From Octopus sinensis (Eukaryota): 42,805 nucleotides of DNA. The stretch lies in the NCBI RefSeq assembly GCF_006345805.1, contig NW_021835189.1, forward strand, positions 1 through 42,805, read 5' to 3'. The translations under genes were made by a program, and so were the position numbers. The stretch's first letter is position 1, and every line of letters starts with the position of its first letter. The notes below the pieces were generated by a model that was not told where the DNA came from, did no database searches, and was given only the letters and a program-made list of their open reading frames with translations. Below, piece after piece: positions 25,451 through 40,243 of this stretch.

Positions 25451-25558
25451 TACAGCCTCTTTCGCTACTGCTATAGACAGAAGTAAATTGCCTGACCTTC
25501 CGGACTGATGGAAAAGGGCTGATCGATCTTCACTACGGACTCGGCCGATAGATAGAAC

Positions 25559-25655
25559 CGACTTCTCTTGGGTAAGCTTTGCTCTATCACCGCTTTGTGA
25601 ACAGTATTATGATGACGTATTCCGTGTTAGCTGATACGAATTTAAACATCCTAAG

Positions 25656-25691
<36 letters not shown>

Positions 25692-26093
25692 TATATATAT
25701 ATATGGCATCTGTATTTCTCATTATATACTTTTGGTTTGAAAAGTTTCAGTCAGCAGTTTATGATGATTGGCGGTGGAAGTGGAAGAGTTAAAATTAGAG
25801 GGGGGATAGGGAGTGATAGACGAGAGAGAGAGAGGGGAAAGAAAGAAGATGAGTGGGTTGATGTGTACGATTGTGAGTGTTGTGTGGTGTGTCTGTGTGT
25901 TGTGATGCAATTAGATACATAACCCTACCTAAGCTTTCTTTAATATGAAACTGAAGGGAATATCACGTTAACGATTGCATTAAATGACGTGAAGAAGTGA
26001 GTGAAAAGTTTAGCCTGAAAAAATTTCCAATAATAATAATAATAAATAATAATAATAATATATTAATAAAATAATAATAGTAATAATAAAACA

Positions 26094-26157
<64 letters not shown>

Positions 26158-26271
26158 TATTATTATTATTATTATATAATATTATTTTCGTTGTTGTTGT
26201 TATTATTATGATTATTATGATTATTATTATTATTATTATTATCATTATATATTGTTATTTTATTATTATTA

Positions 26272-26328
<57 letters not shown>

Positions 26329-26591
26329 TTGCCATTAGGGCCGGCATATATAGGAGAAGATACAGTAGACAAGGCGGTGAGAGCTGGCAGAATCTTCAGT
26401 ACCTCGGGCGCGAAATGCTTCGCGGTATTTCTTCTGCCGTTACGAGGCCCATCAAAGCTGTAATGTAAAACAAGAGTCAACCTGACAATCGACAAGTGAA
26501 CACATTCCAAATAGCTTATAGTGTGTGTGTGTTGTGTGTGTGTGGTGTGTTGTGTGTGTATGTGTATGTCTATGAATGCAAATATGTATGT

Positions 26592-26644
<53 letters not shown>

Positions 26645-27710
26645 CATATGCAATAAATCTGAATATCCAAACTTGCATTTACAAATACATAATATATACA
26701 TACAAGCTCTTACATACATATATACAAACACATACACATACACGCACATATATTAACATATAAACTCCTACATTAATACACATTATTAAAAACATGAAGT
26801 AGTCAACATATATATATATATATAGGTACCTACAGAAATATAAATATAATAACACGCATCCCAAATTTATTCCAAGTATTATGATCATCGATTTTTCCTC
26901 CTCCTCTCACCCTCCTAAATCTCACCAACACACATCACAAATTTCATCAACTTTTTGCAATTCAACCGCCTCTGTCATTTGACCCTTTTGGCCTCAAACA
27001 ATACTTAACAAAACTCAACTACTAGGAAAGTACCGGCCCGATTTTTTGTACTACTACACTCTTAACCACTCCCTCGTACCTGAAATGTGTCCTTAAAAAG
27101 ACCCCACGTGTTGTAATTTGAGATGGAATTGCTGTTTCATTAGTGTACCTGCTAGAAGGGGATACTCCTTCAACATTCAGATGAATTACTTATTTATTCA
27201 CTTCGTTTACAATTAATCATACGTTATCTTCTAGCTTTGAGATTTTGATTATGTGATTGCTTACTTTTAGAATAACTTTGCATGGTGGTTGTGAAGGGCT
27301 GATGTGTTCAGTTTCAACAGAAAAACAGGAAGAATATTTGGGCCCGACGTGGCCAGTGCCAATGCTAATGGGTAACTGAAAATTACTGAAGTCAAAATAA
27401 AAGCATAAAAACATTTTAGGTAATTTGGGGACACAAACTTATGAGGTCTTAACGGTGGTGAACCTTTTTATCCCATCCTAAATGCCGTTGAGGTGTCTGG
27501 ACGATGGCCAATACATGCCGCCGATATAATATAATGAAATCGTAACTTACCAAAGAATTGGTTTCACATCTGTTCGTAAGAGTTAGTGAATGTTTATATA
27601 TATATATAATTTGCGCATATATATATAATATATATATAGATATGTTGCGTCATTTGTTTATTTACCATACATTTTTTCATTGAAGTAGCGGAACACAACG
27701 CACACAATTA
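25559..27710 (+). repeat. Third partial paralogue of the composite unit
   Basis: 25559-26443 matches 23395-24915 without the fold-back insert. 26444-27710 matches ~19137-20420. The truncated SINE head 26373-26443 is joined directly to the PLE tail. Confidence 0.8.
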
Positions 27711-28384
27711 TGCATATATATATGTATGTGTGTGTGTATGTGTGATATGTGTGAGTATGTGTGTGTTTGCGGGTGTGTATATGTGTATAATAGCACACTC
27801 TTGTGCCTGGTGTGTAAGGTTGCATCCTGTGTTGATTCAAATTGAAGCAATGGCATGCACCTTATTCTACATTCCACCAGTAACAGCAACTAATTCTAAA
27901 GTTATTATTACTGCACACTGTTGCTTGAATTTGCAACCGGCAGCATGTAACCTGATGCTAATGCTTGTGATATACATGCAGTAGAAATGCGTGTCGTTCA
28001 CAGGTTTAAAATAACTAAATTGGATAGTATATATTGTATGCTACAAAATAAGTTTCCTCATGTGTGTAATTATTCGTTCTTATTTTAATGTCTTTTACAC
28101 AGAAAAGAAACGCGAAATAGTGAACTCGGAATTTTGGAACTAAGTGGAAGACAACGACTGTTTACCATAAAGAGTTTCCCGTTTTGCCGGACCATTCGAT
28201 GTGGTTGACCAGAGCCTGGATTGTAGTACAATGCTTGAAAGTTGCGTCCCATGATTTGATTTTCCTCTCCCTTTATATTATGTTAATGTGTGTGTGATGT
28301 ATGTGTCTGCGTGTGTGTTTGGTGTGTGTGAATATAAGTATATGGAAATGAATGTATATATTGTGTATTATACCATATATATAT

Positions 28385-28490
28385 ATCGATAGATAGATAG
28401 AGATACACTGATTGATAGAGAGATAGATAAATAAAGATAGAGACAATGATTGATAGAGAGATAGCAAGACAGACACATGATAGATTGATT

Positions 28491-28527
<37 letters not shown>

Positions 28528-28528
28528 T

Positions 28529-28564
<36 letters not shown>

Positions 28565-28659
28565 AAGATAGATAGATAGATAGATAGATGGATAGACAGA
28601 TAGATAGATGGATAGATAGAGATAGATAGACATAGATAGATAGATTGATGGATAGATAA

Positions 28660-28718
<59 letters not shown>
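28385..28718. repeat. (GATA)n microsatellite
   Basis: Direct reading. It continues at 30249-30330 on the other side of the Tx1 insertion. Confidence 0.95.
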
Positions 28719-28719
<1 letters not shown>

Positions 28720-30248
28720 GTTTCTTTATTGGCCACACAGGGCTGCACACAGATGGGACAAGTTACAAGGTAGAGCTTTTCTTTTGGGGGATGAAAAAAA
28801 AGGGGGTGGCGTAGGTTTTCGATCAAGAGGGATCGTAAAGGGGAAGAAAAGAACAAAAAAAAAGAAAAAAGAAAAAATAGAATAAAAAATAAAAAGAATA
28901 AAGAAAAAAAAGAAAGGGAAAGGAACAAAAGAGAAGAGAAATGAAAAAAAGAATAGAAAGGAGAAAAAGGGGAAGAGAAAAAAAAAAGGAACGATCAATA
29001 GGGATCGTGTATCACAGTGTTATGATATATGTGTAAGGGAAGGGAAAGCAAGTAAGGTTTATCTGTGGGAAGAAAAGCCTACGAAAAAGACCACGGTAAC
29101 CTTGGTCAATATTGTTATATGTTACCACATTTGTTTGCAAGTGGGTAACCCTCTGTTTTCAATTTCTGGGTTCATAGGATTATGCTCAAAGTGGCTTCGT
29201 CATCATACGTGCCATCCTTGCTACATTCACCCATCTTTTTTTAAAACATTCGCTAGACAAAACTTGCCTCTCTACTCTCACTTTCCTTTTCAAGTGGTAC
29301 TTGAAGAAGTTGATGAGAGATTGACCAGAGAGAAAGTGTTTGTCTCCAATCCTTTCAGACGCGTCCACCAGATACATTCTTTCGCCATAGCCACAAGGAT
29401 GATGAAAATAGCTCTTCCTTCCCGTTTGAAGGAAGGAGGCGTGACAATATTGACGATAGACTCAGCTGATAAACCGACTCGTCCAACACTGTGACAGCAG
29501 TTGTTCGACATAAGCCCACAGGTCGGAAATTGTTGGACACTGAACGAGTGCGTGCAGAACGGTTTCGTCGCTCTGACCGCATCTCGGGCAGGTCGGCCCC
29601 GTGTTTCTCGAGCCGTGTCTGTAGAGCTTATCCCGAACGGGTAGCGCTTCTCGGTAGCACTGCCAGGCCAGGGATCTCTGGAAGTTGTCCATAGGCCCTG
29701 GCCCGAAAGTCGTCCCGAACAGGCGGGTCAGGTACTCCTCGTCGACGTCCAGGTTCGCCCCGAGCTCGTCGTCGTACCTCCCCTCCACTAAACCCCTATA
29801 GAATGCTTTGGTTGTGTTGAAGTCACTTAAGGTCGACCCAGGACGGCAGAGTTGCTTGAGAGCAACGCGACACTCGCGGTGCCATTCGCCCTTCCTCGGC
29901 CTCTTTTTGATCCACGACTGCAGTTCGGTCATGGAGACGAGCTGCGGGAAGCGTGCCTCACAAACGGCGACCACACCTGTTCACCGTCGTCTACATAGAG
30001 CCAGAGATGTCGCAGTCTCAGCGCGTGTCTGCGCATCATCAACCACGGCATGCCCAGCCCTCCTTTTAACGGGTGTTGACAGCAAATGGATCGCCTGACC
30101 ATCGGGACGCATCCTTTCCACAAGAGCGAAAGAGGATGCGTTGTAGTTTGGTGATGGTAGGGTCGGGACAAGGTACGACGGTCAGGCGGTAGTAGATGAC
30201 GGACGCGATGTACGTGTTCGCCACCTCCGCTCGACCTTTTAGGGACAG
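28719..30248 (-). mobile_element. 5'-truncated L1-Tx1 LINE (ORF2 C-terminus plus 3' UTR) inserted in (GATA)n
   Basis: LSLKGRAEVANTYIASVIYYRL..GGLGMPWL..FYRGLVEG..AWQCYREALPVRDKLYRHG..CPRCGQSDETVLHALVQC (zf-RVT CCHC). The 3' end gccaataaagaaac abuts (TATC)n and the 5' end also abuts (TATC)n. Confidence 0.9.
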
Positions 30249-30280
<32 letters not shown>

Positions 30281-30489
30281 GAGATAGAGAGATAGATAGA
30301 TGATCGATTGATTGATCGATAGATAGATCATTTTCTATTGTTGCATGCTTTAAAATTTCAGGAACACAAACCATAGAGCTTCAATCCCGTTCGCAGTCTT
30401 CGATGAGATCCGTCAATTCTAATTTATGGCGTGGAATTTAAACCAGAGCTGTAAACAACCCCTTATGTTTGTCATCCATGGGCTACGCC

Positions 30490-30605
30490 TATGCTGGGGC
30501 ACTGCCTTAAAGTGTTTTTGTCGAACAAATCGACCCCAGTATTTGTTGTTAAGCCTGCTGCGTATTCTCGCGGTCCCTTCCGCTGATTTGCCTACGGTTA
30601 CGCAA
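30490..30605 (-). mobile_element. SINE 3'-half fragment (family of 37904)
   Basis: Reverse complement aligns to 38170-38285 (gtcgattt.ctcgac..aaggcggtgc.ccagcat). Confidence 0.65.
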
Positions 30606-30898
30606 CTTTATACTTTTGATTTCTTTATTATTAATTAACAGAAAAAAAAAAAAACATGAATGCAATTATCATCAGCGGCAGGCAATTCTGCATCAGACGT
30701 AAATGCTTTGGAAATGATGTGGTAAAAACGTGAAAAGTTTCAAGTGGTTGTAAGGAATTTAACAAGATTCCGATCGGCCAAATTACTGGGACGTGAAAAA
30801 ACCAGAACCTGTTTCCAAGCGGTCATGGTGGATGAACTGAAACACATACACATATACATACACACGCTCACATATACATAGATATATACATATATGTA

Positions 30899-30987
<89 letters not shown>

Positions 30988-31496
30988 GTGTGTATATATA
31001 ACAAAGTGAGTTTGGGGCTACCAATAAATATATATAATTGAAATATAGTATAAAATCTTGTCGAGGATTTATCAAGTAGTTAGCGTGAGAAACCTCATAA
31101 GGGAAACTTTATTAATTATTCCCTATAAATATATTTATTTATATTAAGAGCATTACTATACACAAATGCCTCACGCTAGGAGGGTCTCTTGAAGTCAAAA
31201 CTACTATAATGCCCACATTGTACCGAACGCGAGGGAATGCAACTCTCAAAGCGAGCCTCCAGAAACAGACGTAGCTGAACATCATATGATTTCGTAATTA
31301 GTGCACAAAATGCACTTTTCACTCATCAGCGCAAGCATCGTCAAGAAATATAAAAATAAACAGAAATCAACGTACCACACGAACACATATATCCTTGCAT
31401 TTGATTCAATGTGGTTATTATAGTAGTATTGACTTCAAGAGTCCCTCTTAGCGCGGAACATTTCTATATAGTAATGCCCTTAATATAAATAAATAC

Positions 31497-32435
<939 letters not shown>

Positions 32436-32463
32436 TATATATATATATATATATTATATATAT

Positions 32464-32495
<32 letters not shown>

Positions 32496-33384
32496 GACGT
32501 GCGTATGTATATGTGTTTATATATATACATACATATTCATATATATATATATTATTTTCTACTTTAAATACAGGTGTTCACTATATATAGAAACACTTCG
32601 AAGTGCTGAAGAGATTAGAACTTGAGACTTTAGATATGTAAAGAAACGACAAGCAAGCTAGATATTTATTTACATTTACATATGAAGATACATTGAATGG
32701 AAAACAAAAAGGTAAATGTGTATGGATATTAAGAAGACAGTCTAATTTTCAGATAAAACAGTATCACAAATAGTATAGGTAGAGTTTTAAATGTTCTACG
32801 GCCGTTTTAGGGATCTTTGTGGTCCTGATATATGACAGATATCAGGGTCCATTGTTGGATAACATCACCTCTCCGGGGGAAGAATTTTATTTTAAAGATT
32901 TTCCATTTAAAGTGTTGACATAATAGAGGTTAAAGACTGATTGATTTTATAATGGGTTACATTTATTAGGAGGGGGAGTTAGGGATGTTTAGACAGAGAA
33001 TAGTTGCAAGATGGAGAAAATAGATTTCAAGATCATAACCGACTGATGGTGGAGAGTGGTAGGAAGTGGTTTAGTCTATGTCGAATTTAAATTAGTGAAA
33101 AAAGGATGGACCTAAGCGGTTCGATATCAGATAAGGGTATGAGAGGGAGATTATAACTTCTATTCTAGGCTTTCCATCCGACTCATTTACCTCAGAAAAT
33201 CTGACTTTGGTCGAATTAGTTAATGCATTATTGACCGTATTATACACCGTGTCAGGAATAACGTTGAGCTCCCGCTATGTAATTGCACTTGAGATGTTAT
33301 TTTTGGTTTCCCTCTTTCCACCATAAACGCACGAATTTCCTTCAGTTTGACATGTCAAATTATTGCAATATTTACAATGGACAA

Positions 33385-33595
33385 GGCACCGAGTTGGCAG
33401 AAACGTTTGCACGCAGGGCAAAATGATTAGCGTTCTGTTTTGACGTTCTGAGCTCAAAATTCTGCCGATTTCGACTTTACCTTTCATCCTTTCGGGTTTG
33501 AAACATTAAGTACCCGTTGCATCGTGTGGTCGATCTAATCAATTGGGCCCTACCCCAAAATTTCGGGCGTTGTGACTAGAGTAGAAAAGAATATT
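33385..33595 (+). mobile_element. tRNA-derived SINE, tail type A, with probable TSD
   Basis: Paralogue of 10163. aatatttacaat(g/c)ga occurs just upstream (~33368) and just downstream (~33590). Confidence 0.8.
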
Positions 33596-33769
33596 TACAA
33601 TCGAAGGACAGGTGTCCTCATCTTGTTAGTTGTTACTACAACGTTTCGGATGAGGAATTCTCCAGTCTTCTTCAGATGTCCTGTTAACAATAAAGTGTAG
33701 ACATCTACCCGTCCAATTCAAATATCATACATAATTCCTCAACTCTAAATTATAAAACAGTATCAAATG

Positions 33770-35470
33770 ATTACCCGTCAATATCACAAATACTTTTGGA
33801 TAAAGCCTTAATATTTGCCCGAAATTATGCTACCATCCGCAGATCGGATATGAATATCACTCTGGCAATGAAGAAAACTTTAATTCAATTTAAGTGTAAT
33901 TATTGAACGCCCAACGAATCTATGGATTACTTCGATATAACAATGGAATCATCGGACTCCGCCCACGCACAGACCTTGTGGGCTTGTTCCTCATCCCCCA
34001 GATTAAACAATGCTTCCCCAACATAACCGGCGGACAATAGAGGGATGATGCAAATTCTTGCAGTAACTGGATTAACTGAACCTTCAGTAGAGCACACAAG
34101 GACAGCCCTACGCAAACTCTCCAACATCTTCATCCTAAGTATTTCATTCGAAATTGATACCAATATTTTGGACGTTAATCTTTAATTAAGCACTAACTTA
34201 TACCGTCCTTTCTATAAACCCAACCAATCTTTACAATACTTAAATGTCCTCTCTAATCATCCAAAACTTATCCCCTTTTAGCCTATATACATGTCTATCA
34301 TTATAATCAGGCCCTCAAAATGAACAGAATTACCTATTATATCAATAACGCGAAGCTTAAAACTGAAATAGCAAATCTCTTCCACTGATTCAAAGGCCAT
34401 TACTTCAACTCGACACCAATCCAGCAACTCCCAAAAAAGACTCACCTTAACTTCTTCGCATCACTGGCCACCTCGAGCCTATAACAACAACAAACCTCCA
34501 TTTTCGAATCAGCGAACTTCATCCACACATTGTAAACAATCAAAGGCTAGGAAACGCGAACTCCTATGGTTTGTATCACCGTTCTCGTTCCAAGTTAAAT
34601 CTCTAGCAAAATTATTTTTCAAAATTATAAAATCTAATTGTTGTCCACAACGTAAACAATCTTATCCTCTATTTAATAAATCATCAGTGAAGATCTCCTA
34701 CTCTACTGCACCTAACAATAGTTATATATATAACTATATATAACTATATAATAACCTCCTGGAAAAAAACATAAACTCCAACACCAGTCCTCTAAGTATC
34801 TCATCTCTTGCACTGCATTCTACAACCCTATCTACGAGACGACAAATATTAGTTCCATTACAACCTCCCAATCCGATACTAATATAAATCCTAATTTAGA
34901 TTCTCCCCACTAACAACAAACCACCCAACATCAACATTACTATTAGTAAACCCCAACCACTTGTAACTGTCGCGCTTCTGAAATATACGGTATGCAGACA
35001 CCTGTCTCCTCAAAAGCGTAATCTATAAGTGTCACGTGAGGACCCCATGCACCCACCAGGCAAAGGTGTATATTTATGGCACTGAGGATTTTGAATGCCG
35101 TTGTCGTGCTCATATGTATTCTTTCACTAATCCCAAATCTAAACTATTTCAATCTTTAGCAACACACATATACAACCTCAATTCAAAACAATGTCCAATA
35201 CGCTCTATCGTGGTCCATAGTATGTGAAGCTCCCCTCTACAACACACATATATAGGGAAATGTATATTATGTATAAAAGAGTCATTAACTATTCTTCGCC
35301 TCCACAACTCCTCGCTGTTAAATTCTCTGACGTTATTTATTCATGTAAGCATAAATACTGCCCGACATTCATGCACTCCACTAATTCTAAATAATCCTAT
35401 AGCAAGCCCCCAGGCCCATCAAAGCTCTAACGTAAAACAAGAGTCAACCTGACAATCGACAAGTCAACAC
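33770..35470 (+). pseudogene. Penelope-like element, continuous RT to GIY-YIG to 3' end (copy II)
   Basis: FDITM(E)SSDSA, DLVGLFL, *RDD, YRPFYKPNQSLQYLNVLSNHP, then CLLKSVIYKCHV..VYIYGTEDF..HMYSF..WSIVCEAPLYN..KCILCIKE. Many stops. Confidence 0.85.
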
Positions 35471-36413
35471 AATTTATTCCAAGTATTATGATCAATCGCT
35501 TTTTCATCCCCCTCTCAGCCTCCTAAATCTCACCAACACACATCACAAATTTCTTCAAAGTTTTGCAATTCAACCGCCTCTACTGTCATTTGACCCTTCT
35601 CGGCCTCAAGCAACACTTAACAAAACTCAACTACTAAGAAAAATACCGACCCGATTTTTTGTACTACTAACATTCTTAACCACTCCCTCGTACCTGAAAT
35701 GTGTCCTTAAAAAAGACCCCACTTGTAATTTGAGATGGAATTGCTGTTTCATTAGTGTACCAGCTAGAAGGGGATATTCCTTCAACATTCAGATGAATTA
35801 CTTATTTCTTCACAACGTTTACAATTAATCATACGTTATCTTCTAGCTTTGAGATTTTGATTATGTGATTGCTTAATTTTAGAATAACATTGCATGGTGG
35901 TTGTGAAAGGGCTGATCTGTTCAGTTTCAACAGAAATCAGGAAGAATATTTGGGCCCGACGTGGCCAATGCCAATGCCAATGCTAATTTTGTTGCAATGC
36001 TAATGCCATTGCAACAAAATTTTTGACGTATGTATATATATATATATCTCCCTCTCTATAACACGCACGATCAAACACACACACACAAATTTCACACCTT
36101 ACTACTAAGTATATTTGACGTTTGTCTCCCTCACACACACAATAACACATACACACACAGACACAAATGAACTTATATTCACACTCATACACATACACAA
36201 ACACTCGCACTCATTAACACAAGCACACACCCGCACATCCCCATACATACAACATACATATTGTCCCCTACTCATTTTTACTACTGCCTCCTTCTACCCA
36301 TTTTTGAAGCCATTGCTTATAACGGAATATTTTTATAAAAAACACTCATTATCACTGTGGTCACCATATAGGCAATTATCAAAAATTTTGTTCCTCTTGT
36401 GGCTGAAAGAGGC

Positions 36414-36510
36414 TCCTTATCTTTCCTGATGAGAAGATGGCATAATGCCCCATTTATTCCTTCGGAATTAAAAGTATGCCGTCTTCGAAACATCTGTCGA
36501 GAGTAAAGGA
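36414..36510 (+). ncRNA. Type I hammerhead ribozyme (canonical core, GUC site)
   Basis: Stem I CUUUC/GAGAG, extendable by UCCUU/AAGGA; CUGAUGA 36426-32; 12-bp stem II GAAGAUGGCAUA/UAUGCCGUCUUC; GAAA 36487-90; stem III ACA-UC-UGU; GUC at 36496-98. Confidence 0.85.
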
Positions 36511-36562
36511 ATTTTGTTAAAATCTTCGTTCGACTCCATTCTTTCATTTATTCATATATATA

Positions 36563-36626
<64 letters not shown>

Positions 36627-36645
36627 ATACATTCATGCACATTTG

Positions 36646-36720
<75 letters not shown>

Positions 36721-37903
36721 CGAATCACTGAAGTATGAAATATTATTAGAAGAAATTTACCAAAAACTTTCAACCATGATAAAAAATAATTGCCTTGCTG
36801 ATGCCTTCCATGAAATGGCACAGAAGACGCAAATCTACATAGAAACACTTTATTCCCTTCTTACATACCAACAACAAAATGAGAACCAAAGCAGAACTCC
36901 AGAAACTGATATCCACAACCTAAATTCAACCACACAAAACGTACTAAAAGAAATGAATGAACTCAGCTTGGAAAAAGGAGACATACAAAAAGAGAAATCA
37001 AATGAAAAACATCCGGGTTAAGATATTAAATAAAAGAAAACAAGCATATTGCTGAGCCCTAAACAATGAAAACCTAGCCAACACTTATGAACAGTGGAGG
37101 GGCAAAGAAAAAGTAATACTCTCAAGAAACTTTCGTATCAAAGAAATAACGTCAGAAGCAAAGGAAGAAACAAAAATATTTGAGAAAAATCGTTTAAAAG
37201 CGACATTAACCGGAAATGATCAAAATATTGTTATACGATCAGACGACAGATTTTTCATGTTTTAGAATCATCTCACTTTTGCTCGATAACTATTGATCAT
37301 CGATCTCTTCCCAAATACAACGTCCAAAGTCAACATAAAAATGAATTACATTTCTAAATTCTTTGTTAGACCCTCCAGTGTTCACATTGTCATCCACCAT
37401 TCTCTTCGTGAGGAATCTCTGAAGTTTAAGCTGGATGTGCTAGAAATAGCAGCCAAATATTTTCTGTGAGCAGACGATAGAATCATTAACGATACTGTCA
37501 CTTCAGAAAATCACGTTATCAATAACGATAATAATTTACATGGTATATATAATGATTGACATGGAAGCAAACGATACAAATTCATTTAACAATTGTTCGT
37601 TTCACAAAATTACGTTTGTGAAATAAAGTTTATGATAGAGAAATTATAACAATTCTGAAGAGGAGTTAAAGGTTTTAGCAGCTTTAAAGTTATGGGAAAA
37701 GAATTTTCGTTATCAAAGTAGCAATATTTTATACGAATGAAGGATGACAGGCGAGGATTTTGTGGTATGAAGGGTCTTCAAGTGTATATGTCCTGGTCTG
37801 TGTGTGTGTGTGTGTGTGTGTGTTTGTGCGTGTGTGTGTGTGATGCACTGAGATATATAACGATTATAATAATTGACACATAATTATATTCCAAACTTCT
37901 ATA

Positions 37904-38335
37904 GGCGCGGGAGTGGCTGTGTGGTAAGTAGCTTGCTTACCAACCACATGGTTCCGGGTTCAGTCCCACTGCGTGGCACTTTGGGCAAGTGTTTTCTACT
38001 ATAGCCTCGGGCCGACTAAAGCCTTGTGAGTGGATTTAGTAGACGGAAACTGAAAGAAGCCCGTTGTATATATGCATATATATATATATATATATATCCG
38101 TGTGTGTGTTTGTGTGTCAGTGTTTGTCTCCCCCCCCCAACATCGCTTGACAACCGATGCTGGAGTGTTTACGTCCCTGTAAGTTAGCGGTTCGGCAAAA
38201 GAGACCGATAGAAGAAGTACTAGGCTTACAAAGAATAAGTCCTGGTGTCGATTTACTCGACTAAAGGCGGTGCTCCAGCATGGTCACAGTCACATGACTG
38301 AAACAAGTAAAAGAGTAAAAAAGAGAGAGAGAGAG
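37904..38335 (+). mobile_element. Full-length tRNA-derived SINE with CORE-like segment (octopus OR-type by resemblance)
   Basis: A-box TGGCTGTGTGG, B-box GGTTCAGTCCC, ggcactttgggcaagtg, an internal TA/GT run, 3' end actgaaacaagtaaaaga. Absent from the paralogous positions in super-unit I. Confidence 0.85.
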
Positions 38336-38534
38336 CTCATCTGCACCCAAAACTTCAATAGCTTGATGTCCTATTTTCATAGGAGTGAGGGGAAGAGGGA
38401 GGGGAAGACATGCAGGGGTCTCTAAACTGTTTAATGTATTTCTATCTCAGATAGTCTCCAGTATTCTGGATGCCTTCTGCAAAAAGTGAAAGATAAAAAT
38501 AAATTGAAAATATACAGCTAATTGTCTGCCGGTA

Positions 38535-38604
<70 letters not shown>

Positions 38605-38759
38605 TGTGTGTGTTTGTGTGTGATGCAATGAGATACATAACCATGCCTAAGTGTTTCTTTAATATAAAACTGAAGTGAATATTAATGATAATATTAAATG
38701 ATAATATTAAATGACATAATTTTACTGTGAAGGAGGTTTAGTCTTCAATGTTTTCAATC

Positions 38760-39368
38760 TCATCCACCACTCTAATTCTTTAGCCACCGGGCAGAAGAAA
38801 CTGCTCTTCCTTCCCGGCCTAAAGAAGGTGGCGGAGCGATCTTTACAATCAACTCGGCGCATAAACTGGACGGACGAGTTCAGGACTATTTCATCGCCCT
38901 GCGCACAACCCCGATATATCCGTCCGACAACACTTTCGTATCTGTAGAGCTTGTCTTGAATCGGCAGAGCTCCCCGGTAGCACTGCCAGGCCAGGGATTC
39001 CTGGAAGTTAAAGACCAGTTAGTTGATTCACCCCACCAACGCCCAGAATTTACCCCGATTTCGTCGTTGTTCTTTCCCCTCTACTAATCCCCTATAGAAA
39101 TCCATGGTGGAACGCCCGCGTTGCCCGACTGACAGAAAGCTGTGAGAGCTTGCCGACACTCCAGGTGCCAAGCGCCCTTTCTTGGCCAACGCTTGACTCA
39201 GTACTGTAGCTTCATCAATGAGACGAGCTGCGGAAAGACCCACTTGACAAATAGTCAATCCCCATGCTCACCGTTAAAGAAACGCAGGAGATGTCGCGGT
39301 CTCAGCGCATGTCTGCAAATCATTACCGACGGCATGTCCAGTACTCCACTGAGAGGTTGTTGACAGCA
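38760..39368 (-). pseudogene. L1-Tx1 ORF2 fragment (paralogue of 22440-23070)
   Basis: TMDFYRGLVEGKEQRRNRGKFWALVG; colinear with 22440-23070. Confidence 0.8.
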
Positions 39369-39481
39369 GATATATACACTCTACACAATCATTTCATTAT
39401 TATTATTATTATTATTATTATTAAACACATACAAGCACAAATATACACACACATATACATAAAGATTTACACATATACATA

Positions 39482-40025
39482 AAGTTATGCCAACATTATG
39501 GAATAACAGAAAAAAGATGGTATAGGCAGACACCAGAAAAGGTCACAGAAAACGACAAAGCAACCATACTCTGGGGTATGCCGAAACACACAGATAGAGA
39601 AATTAAGAACAACAGACCAGATATAGTTGTCAGAGATCATGAAAAAAAAATGCTTTCTAATTGATGTATCAATACCGGCAGATGACAACGTGTCTCTAAA
39701 AGAAATGGAGAAACTTTCAAAATACAAAGACCTGGAAATAGAGGTAACCCGAATGTGGAATCTAAAAACAGAAACAATTCCTATCATAGTAGGCGCATTA
39801 GGTATGATAAACAAATATTCAGACAAATACATAACAAAAACACCAGGACTTACAAACACATATAACATACAGAAAATTGCACTACTAGGCACTGCACACA
39901 TCCTACGCAGAACACTTTCCATACAATAACCATCAGAGCATCACAACAAATCACAGCACATACCCAAGGCACACAGAGCTGCGCTCGGTAGTGAAGTGAA
40001 AGCACGCTATAAAAAAAAACTACTG
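39482..40025 (+). mobile_element. R4/Dong-like LINE 3' end (REL domain plus 3' UTR)
   Basis: NNRPDIVV..FLIDVSIPADDNVSLKEMEKLSKYKDLEIEVTRMWNLKTETIPIIVGALG; stop at 39929; followed by (AAT)n. Confidence 0.9.
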
Positions 40026-40073
40026 AATAATAATAATAATAAAAATAATAATAATAATAACAATAATAATAAA

Positions 40074-40155
<82 letters not shown>

Positions 40156-40160
40156 GTAAT

Positions 40161-40231
<71 letters not shown>

Positions 40232-40243
40232 TAATAATAATAA
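40026..40243. repeat. (AAT)n microsatellite between two LINE copies
   Basis: Direct reading. Confidence 0.95.

Noticed and set aside
28080-28210. Polypyrimidine acceptor ttttacacag and a possible terminal exon
   Set aside because: All frames stop within about 35 codons, no upstream exon is identified, and there is no recognisable motif.
37904-37975. tRNA gene
   Set aside because: It has A/B boxes but no cloverleaf, and it continues into SINE body.
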